Shown here piece by piece: positions 59,635 through 64,000 of a stretch of 64,000 nt of DNA. The stretch lies in the IMG/VR virus record IMGVR_UViG_3300010398_000010, positions 1 to 64,000 of that record; one strand, given 5' to 3'. The first letter of the stretch is position 1. Each line of letters opens with the position of its first letter. The notes beneath the pieces were generated by a model. That model was not told where the DNA came from, made no database searches, and saw nothing but the letters and a program-made list of their open reading frames with translations. This DNA comes from a virus (lineage: Duplodnaviria; Caudoviricetes). A program made the translations under genes and the position numbers.

Positions 59635-60213
59635 ATGATGGGGGCCACACACGCTGAGTCGGGGTTCGCGGCCGGGTTCGCCCTGGTCGCGGTCACCCAC
59701 CCGGCGCCGCTGGTCGCGGTGTCTGGCCCCCTCATCTGCGCCGCGTTCGCGCTCATGCCCGACCTCGACCACGCCTCATCCAAGGCGACTCACTCGTGCG
59801 GGATCCCCTCGGAGGCGCTGTCGTGGATCATCCGCCGCCTGCCCGGTGGCAAGCACCGCTGGGCTCTGCACTCGCTGACCGCCGTCGCCGTCTGCGCCGC
59901 CGTCGCCGCTGTCATTGACGCAATGATTCACGGGCCGTGGATCTGGGTGGTCTACGCCGCGCTCGGATGGGCCATGCACATCGCCGGGGATCTGATGACC
60001 GACCGGCCGGTGCGGCTGCTGTGGCCGTTCAGCGACCGTCCCGTCTGGGGTCTGCCCGGCTGGCATACCAAGGTGCTCGGCGTCACCCTCAAGGTCCGGC
60101 TGACGACCAACGGCCCGGTCGAGCGTGGCGCGGTCCGGCTGTGGCTCGCGCTGATCATCGCCGGGTCGCTACTGCTGATCTTGCGGCACATCACGATGAC
60201 CGGCGGCGTCTAG
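59635..60213 (+). CDS. YdjM-like membrane-bound metal-dependent hydrolase
   Basis: MMGATH, MPDLDH, HRWALHSL, HIAGDLMT; multiple TM helices. Confidence 0.85.
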   Translation: MMGATHAESGFAAGFALVAVTHPAPLVAVSGPLICAAFALMPDLDHASSKATHSCGIPSEALSWIIRRLPGGKHRWALHSLTAVAVCAAVAAVIDAMIHGPWIWVVYAALGWAMHIAGDLMTDRPVRLLWPFSDRPVWGLPGWHTKVLGVTLKVRLTTNGPVERGAVRLWLALIIAGSLLLILRHITMTGGV

Positions 60214-60223
60214 GAGAACCCCC

Positions 60224-60415
60224 GTGGAAACCGACCGTCTTGACATCGGCCCGCTCGATGGGACCGCTCTGGTCGCGGCGCTGCTGCTCGCCATCGGGAA
60301 CTGCGCACCGGAGATCGGGCGCACCACGCTGATCACCAGCGGGGGCCGGCCGCTGGCCGTGCTCAGCCCCGTGACGGCCGGGGGGAGTGGGCGCGTAGCG
60401 TCGCCCCGTTCTTAG
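60224..60415 (+). CDS. small protein resembling a Phd/YefM antitoxin N-terminal domain
   Basis: TTLITSGGRPLAVLSPV. Confidence 0.45.
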   Translation: METDRLDIGPLDGTALVAALLLAIGNCAPEIGRTTLITSGGRPLAVLSPVTAGGSGRVASPRS

Positions 60416-60557
60416 GCCGCAGCCAAGCGCCAATCCTCAGCCGCAGTGGATCCCGGAGGACCTTTGCAGCATCACCCGGCTCATGGCCTGCCAGCACGTT
60501 TAGGGAACCTGCCCTAGTACCTCGCTGCGGTCTCCGCACCCGGCCGCCAGCGGCAGG

Positions 60558-61115
60558 CTAATCCGGCGACGCAGGCGGGCTCGACTGAATTTCGGTCGGC
60601 GGCGGGGTCGGTGGCAAGCTGGTCGCGCTCGGTGCCGGTGCCGGGCTGGTCGGGCTCGGTGCCGGCACCGGCTCGCTCGAGCTCGGCGGCGGCGGTTCGA
60701 TCATCGATCGCTGCGGGACTGGGACGGGTTGCCCAGCTGGCGCGGCCGGGATGACGACCGGCACCGGGGCGGGCTCAACCGGGGTCGTGTTTCGTGAACC
60801 GTGGTAGTGGCGGCGGTGCGAGGGCGTGGGCGCTGGCGGCGTGGTGGACGGCGAGACCGTGACCTCGACCACGGGCAGCTGCACCCGCCACCACGGCTGC
60901 TGCGCCGAACCCCAGAACGCGCCCGCCGCGGCGAGTACCCCGGCGATCAGGATCAGCCAGGTCGGCACCCGCCGCCGTCTGCGGCCGGGCGGGGACGGCG
61001 GCAGCTTAGGCGCGGTGGGCAGCAGCCACGGATCGGTGACCGTGTCATCAAGAGGGGCCGGCCTTGGGCTCAAGCGGGATGATCTCGATCTGCTCAGGCG
61101 GGGGCGCGTACACAT
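60558..61115 (-). CDS. Pro-rich single-pass membrane protein (start uncertain)
   Basis: RRRRRVPTWLILIAGVLAAAGAFWG then a Pro/Ser/Thr-rich tail. Confidence 0.65.
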   Translation of the reverse strand: MCTRPRLSRSRSSRLSPRPAPLDDTVTDPWLLPTAPKLPPSPPGRRRRRVPTWLILIAGVLAAAGAFWGSAQQPWWRVQLPVVEVTVSPSTTPPAPTPSHRRHYHGSRNTTPVEPAPVPVVIPAAPAGQPVPVPQRSMIEPPPPSSSEPVPAPSPTSPAPAPSATSLPPTPPPTEIQSSPPASPD

Positions 61116-61347
61116 GCCCGCCGCCCGGGGCAGCGGCGCTCGGCAGGGCCGTCGCTGAGAGGGTCTGCCCTCGGCATTGCTCTATCGACCAAGCCCCGTC
61201 AAGGGTAAGGGTGTCAAGGTTGCCGCACCCGGCGCAACGCCGCAGCACGATGGTCCGCGGCACCGCCTTGCCCCAGAGCACCCCGGCCGGCAGCAGCTCG
61301 AGCGGCTGAACGTCAACGGGGCGCAGGTCGCAACGGTGGCGGCGCAT
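61048..61347 (-). CDS. hypothetical protein with Cys motifs
   Basis: HRCDL...RRCAGCG. Confidence 0.55.
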   Translation of the reverse strand: MRRHRCDLRPVDVQPLELLPAGVLWGKAVPRTIVLRRCAGCGNLDTLTLDGAWSIEQCRGQTLSATALPSAAAPGGGHVYAPPPEQIEIIPLEPKAGPS

Positions 61348-61427
61348 TGATCACCTCTCGGTGATGGCAGTGGTGCGAGCAGCGCGGGTCGGTGCACCGC
61401 TCGCACTCGCAGCCCATCCGGCAGAAC

Positions 61428-61949
61428 TCACTGATCAGTGCCACGTCGTCGCCTGCCTCTTGCCTTTGCCAGGAACGGCCGGGCGGGCGGCTGCTCGGAT
61501 TCTTGCCAGATGACGGAAAGCCGTTTCAGCCTCGCGTCGGTGTCCTCATCGTTCCACTGCCCGGCTGGCAGCGGCACCGAGGGGTGATCGGTGATGACCT
61601 CGGCTGCGGCGGCGGGCAGCGCGAGCAGCTTGGCGGGCGGGGCCGAGGGCTGCACCCGCACCGTGAACGTCGGCGGCGGGCCGTCCAACGCGGGCTGCGG
61701 CCAGGTGTGTGAGGGCAGCGGCTTGACCGGTTCCACGTAGGTCGTCCACATCGCTTCGCCGCCCGCTGGGCGAGGGCCGTTTGCCCAGCGGGCGGCGACG
61801 CGGGTCTGCTCATCCCACAGTGACGGGCTGTCGCCGCATCTGTGGGCGGGCCGGTGTTTCCACTCGGCGGCCAGTTGCCAGAACGACGGGATCCCCCCAT
61901 CGAGCGGCACCGGGAACAGCTTGTTGAGCGGGTCGAGGTAGCCGGTCAT
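61428..61949 (-). CDS. hypothetical protein
   Basis: 173 aa, Pro/Trp-rich. Confidence 0.6.
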   Translation of the reverse strand: MTGYLDPLNKLFPVPLDGGIPSFWQLAAEWKHRPAHRCGDSPSLWDEQTRVAARWANGPRPAGGEAMWTTYVEPVKPLPSHTWPQPALDGPPPTFTVRVQPSAPPAKLLALPAAAAEVITDHPSVPLPAGQWNDEDTDARLKRLSVIWQESEQPPARPFLAKARGRRRRGTDQ

Positions 61950-61960
61950 GGGCTACAGAT

Positions 61961-62224
61961 CTACCATCCGCCCGCGAGGATCTGCATGAGATCCGGGTCA
62001 ATCACCGCGATCAGGTCGAGGTCGGCGTCCAGCGCGGAGGCCAGGGCGAGCACCCATTCCTCATTGATGTTGACCCACAGATCCCGTTCCGCGATGGCCA
62101 CGAACGACGGGTTGGTGCCGGGCATCCCGGCCTTGCGCATCCCTGCGGCGACCTCGGCCAGCGTCATCCGCCGCGCCTGCCGCAGCGCGCGCACGGCCTG
62201 CCCGGAGACCATCATGGCGTCCAC
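61961..62224 (-). CDS. XRE-family HTH protein
   Basis: AVRALRQARRMTLAEVA...SFVAIAERD...LALASAL. Confidence 0.8.
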   Translation of the reverse strand: MDAMMVSGQAVRALRQARRMTLAEVAAGMRKAGMPGTNPSFVAIAERDLWVNINEEWVLALASALDADLDLIAVIDPDLMQILAGGW

Positions 62225-62283
62225 TCCGTGCCGGGGATCTTGCTCGGATGGGTCTGCCCGTACTTGGATTCGGTCGCCATCGC

Positions 62284-62592
62284 TTACTCCGGGTCCGGTT
62301 CCATCAGCCGCATCTGGCCGGTCCGCTCGGATTGCAGCCGGTCGGCCATCTGGTGCAGCGTCTTGATGTCATCGGGGTCGAGGGGGATCTCGATCTGCCG
62401 CAGCCGCACGGTCGGCCGCAGCGCGCCCGTGTCGGTCTCGCTGCGGACGTGCATCGCGTCCACGAACACGATCCCGATGTGAATGTCGCCGGGGCTGTTG
62501 ACTAGCTGCTCAAAGATCTCCCACAGCCCGCACGCGGGCAGGGCTGGCATCGTGCCGGCGAGCACGATCTCCCGGTCGTCGTTCTTGGCCAT
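62284..62592 (-). CDS. hypothetical protein (102 aa)
   Basis: GAAAGGA RBS before MAKNDD. Confidence 0.7.
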   Translation of the reverse strand: MAKNDDREIVLAGTMPALPACGLWEIFEQLVNSPGDIHIGIVFVDAMHVRSETDTGALRPTVRLRQIEIPLDPDDIKTLHQMADRLQSERTGQMRLMEPDPE

Positions 62593-62624
62593 CGCGGGTG
62601 TCCTTTCGGTCGGTCTATCCATTT

Positions 62625-63047
62625 CTATCCGGTGGTTACGACAGTTTGCGCCTCGCGGCACACGACGTAACGCACCACGACCGCGCCCAGCTGCTCGGCG
62701 CGGTCCGCTGTCCAGCCTGACCCGTAGGTCCGCGACTGGCGGCACGCCATCCTCAGCAGGTGGGTGCAGTCGGCGGCGATGATCTCATCGCGCCACCGGT
62801 AGCCCCCCTCGCCGCCCCACCGCCGCACACGCGGCCGGTGGATGATCAGCGTCCCGTTCTCTTCCCGGTACCCCAGCGCCCGCGCGCAGTTCTCGGCCAG
62901 GTCGTCGCAGCCTGGGGCACCACCGGAGATCACCACGTCCGGGCACAGCCGTTCGATCGCCAGCGACGCGCGCTGGCTCGCCCGCCACACGTCGCCCTGG
63001 CAGGCGAGCACGACGGTCCCGATGATCGCCAGCCGCTTACTGCTCAT
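62625..63047 (-). CDS. SLOG-superfamily (YspA/DUF2493-like) protein
   Basis: RLAIIG, VVISGGAPGCDDLAE, RDEIIA, YGSGWTAD..AEQLG. Confidence 0.75.
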   Translation of the reverse strand: MSSKRLAIIGTVVLACQGDVWRASQRASLAIERLCPDVVISGGAPGCDDLAENCARALGYREENGTLIIHRPRVRRWGGEGGYRWRDEIIAADCTHLLRMACRQSRTYGSGWTADRAEQLGAVVVRYVVCREAQTVVTTG

Positions 63048-63203
63048 CGCCGGCGTCCCGCCCGCGGCGCTCGATTCGCGGGTTGCGGACCGCTGGCCCC
63101 TTGTGGCGCCCACGGTGGAACAGCCGCCGATGGCAGACCCGCCACACGCCCGGCCCGTCGTCGGCCGTGGTGAACAGCCAAGCGCACCGGGGCCACCAAC
63201 TGC

Positions 63204-63527
63204 TCATGGCGCATGGAACTCCCGCCAGACCCGCAGCGCCTCGCCGTCGCCCCACCGGGGCCGGGTCTCGATGGGTTCATAGAACCCGCCGCCCCGGCTG
63301 GTGTACCGGCAGTTGCAGGAGATCGCGATCCCGCCGCTCTTGCCGTGCTCGATGACGATCTGGTGCGGCAGGCGCGGGTCGCGCATCACCGGCTGGCCGT
63401 ACCAGCCGGTCGGCCTCGGGTAGACCGCGACCATGCCGTACCGCGACACCGGAGCCCCAGGCGGCAGCCGCTTGCGGATCTGCTCGATGCAGTAGCCCGC
63501 CTCGGCCTCGGGGTCGAGGTAGCTCAT
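63204..63527 (-). CDS. hypothetical protein
   Basis: 107 aa; ISCNC; coupled. Confidence 0.65.
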   Translation of the reverse strand: MSYLDPEAEAGYCIEQIRKRLPPGAPVSRYGMVAVYPRPTGWYGQPVMRDPRLPHQIVIEHGKSGGIAISCNCRYTSRGGGFYEPIETRPRWGDGEALRVWREFHAP

Positions 63528-63955
63528 GAGTACGCCGCCTGAATTCGCCCAGCGGCGCGGCCGACCGCGATCAGCCCGTCGACCATCTGCCCGCCGATCC
63601 GGTCGCCGCCAGCGGTGAGCCGGTCAGCCGCGTAATAGTGCTGGCCGATGCCCTCGGCCTCGCGGCCCCGGATCTTCGCCGCGACCCACAGCTGCCCGTG
63701 GGTGTCGGTGCAGTACGCGACCGCCGACTCAACCGCGTCCGGCAGCTTGTGGAACTCGCGGTGGCGGCGGGCATGGTCGAACGCGGCACGCTCGATGGGG
63801 CTGGCGTCCGGGCCGGGCTCGGTCACGCCGTGCGCCTCGATCTGCAACAGGTAGCCCGCCGCCGCCGCCAGCCCATCCTTGGCAGCTGCCCCGGCCATCA
63901 TCATCGGGTATTCCTCCGGGTGCACGTCTGGGGCGATCGCCATGTAGGTCATCAC
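63524..63955 (-). CDS. hypothetical protein (may be 5'-truncated by the window end)
   Basis: 143 aa listed; high GC3. Confidence 0.65.
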   Translation of the reverse strand: MMTYMAIAPDVHPEEYPMMMAGAAAKDGLAAAAGYLLQIEAHGVTEPGPDASPIERAAFDHARRHREFHKLPDAVESAVAYCTDTHGQLWVAAKIRGREAEGIGQHYYAADRLTAGGDRIGGQMVDGLIAVGRAAGRIQAAYS

Positions 63956-64000
63956 ATGGATCCGCCCGGCCGGCTGCTCGGTCAGCGTGAGGAACGCGTG

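Noticed and set aside
1-64000. tRNA, tmRNA, rRNA, CRISPR, integrase/attP, transposase, intron or intein
   Set aside because: No cloverleaf or T-loop context, repeat-spacer array, or recombinase, transposase or intein motif was recognised by eye; tRNAscan and Infernal were not run.
1-64000. Treating the window as a complete circular genome
   Set aside because: First and last bases show no terminal overlap, and the last ORF runs close to the edge.

Overview
The window is about 64 kb of a high-GC tailed phage genome, most likely an actinobacterial siphovirus. The left arm (1.2-45.2 kb, + strand) runs: terminase, portal, three unusually large extra proteins, an HK97-type prohead protease with a long N-terminal extension, major capsid, a glycosyltransferase/methyltransferase block, a 1420-aa fibre-like protein with a glycosidase-like domain, head-tail connectors, major tail, frameshifted tail chaperone, tape measure with two peptidoglycan hydrolase domains, minor tails, GH25 endolysin, holin, and a GT2 polysaccharide-synthase plus GH26 block. 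The right arm (45.3-64 kb) holds mostly small early-type ORFs in leftward and rightward blocks with repeated promoter-like elements. No integrase, polymerase, primase, tRNA, CRISPR or reverse transcriptase was recognised, and the genome may extend beyond the window. Best candidate for a new system: five proteins share eight copies of a short tag, [FWY]-[DN]-x-x-x-x-(x)-R-(D)-x-x-G-[KQ]-[WF], each just downstream of an Arg. The tag heads modules that include a zincin metallopeptidase, a HipA/PI3-PI4-kinase-like kinase, a coiled-coil plus membrane hairpin and a basic His/Ala-rich protein. I infer protease-processed, capsid-packaged effector cargo, with small coupled partner genes. Other leads are a 61-nt tripartite element found three times at gene boundaries in the late region, probable virion glycosylation, and a late-coupled surface polysaccharide synthase. 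All family assignments come from motifs read by eye; no searches were run.
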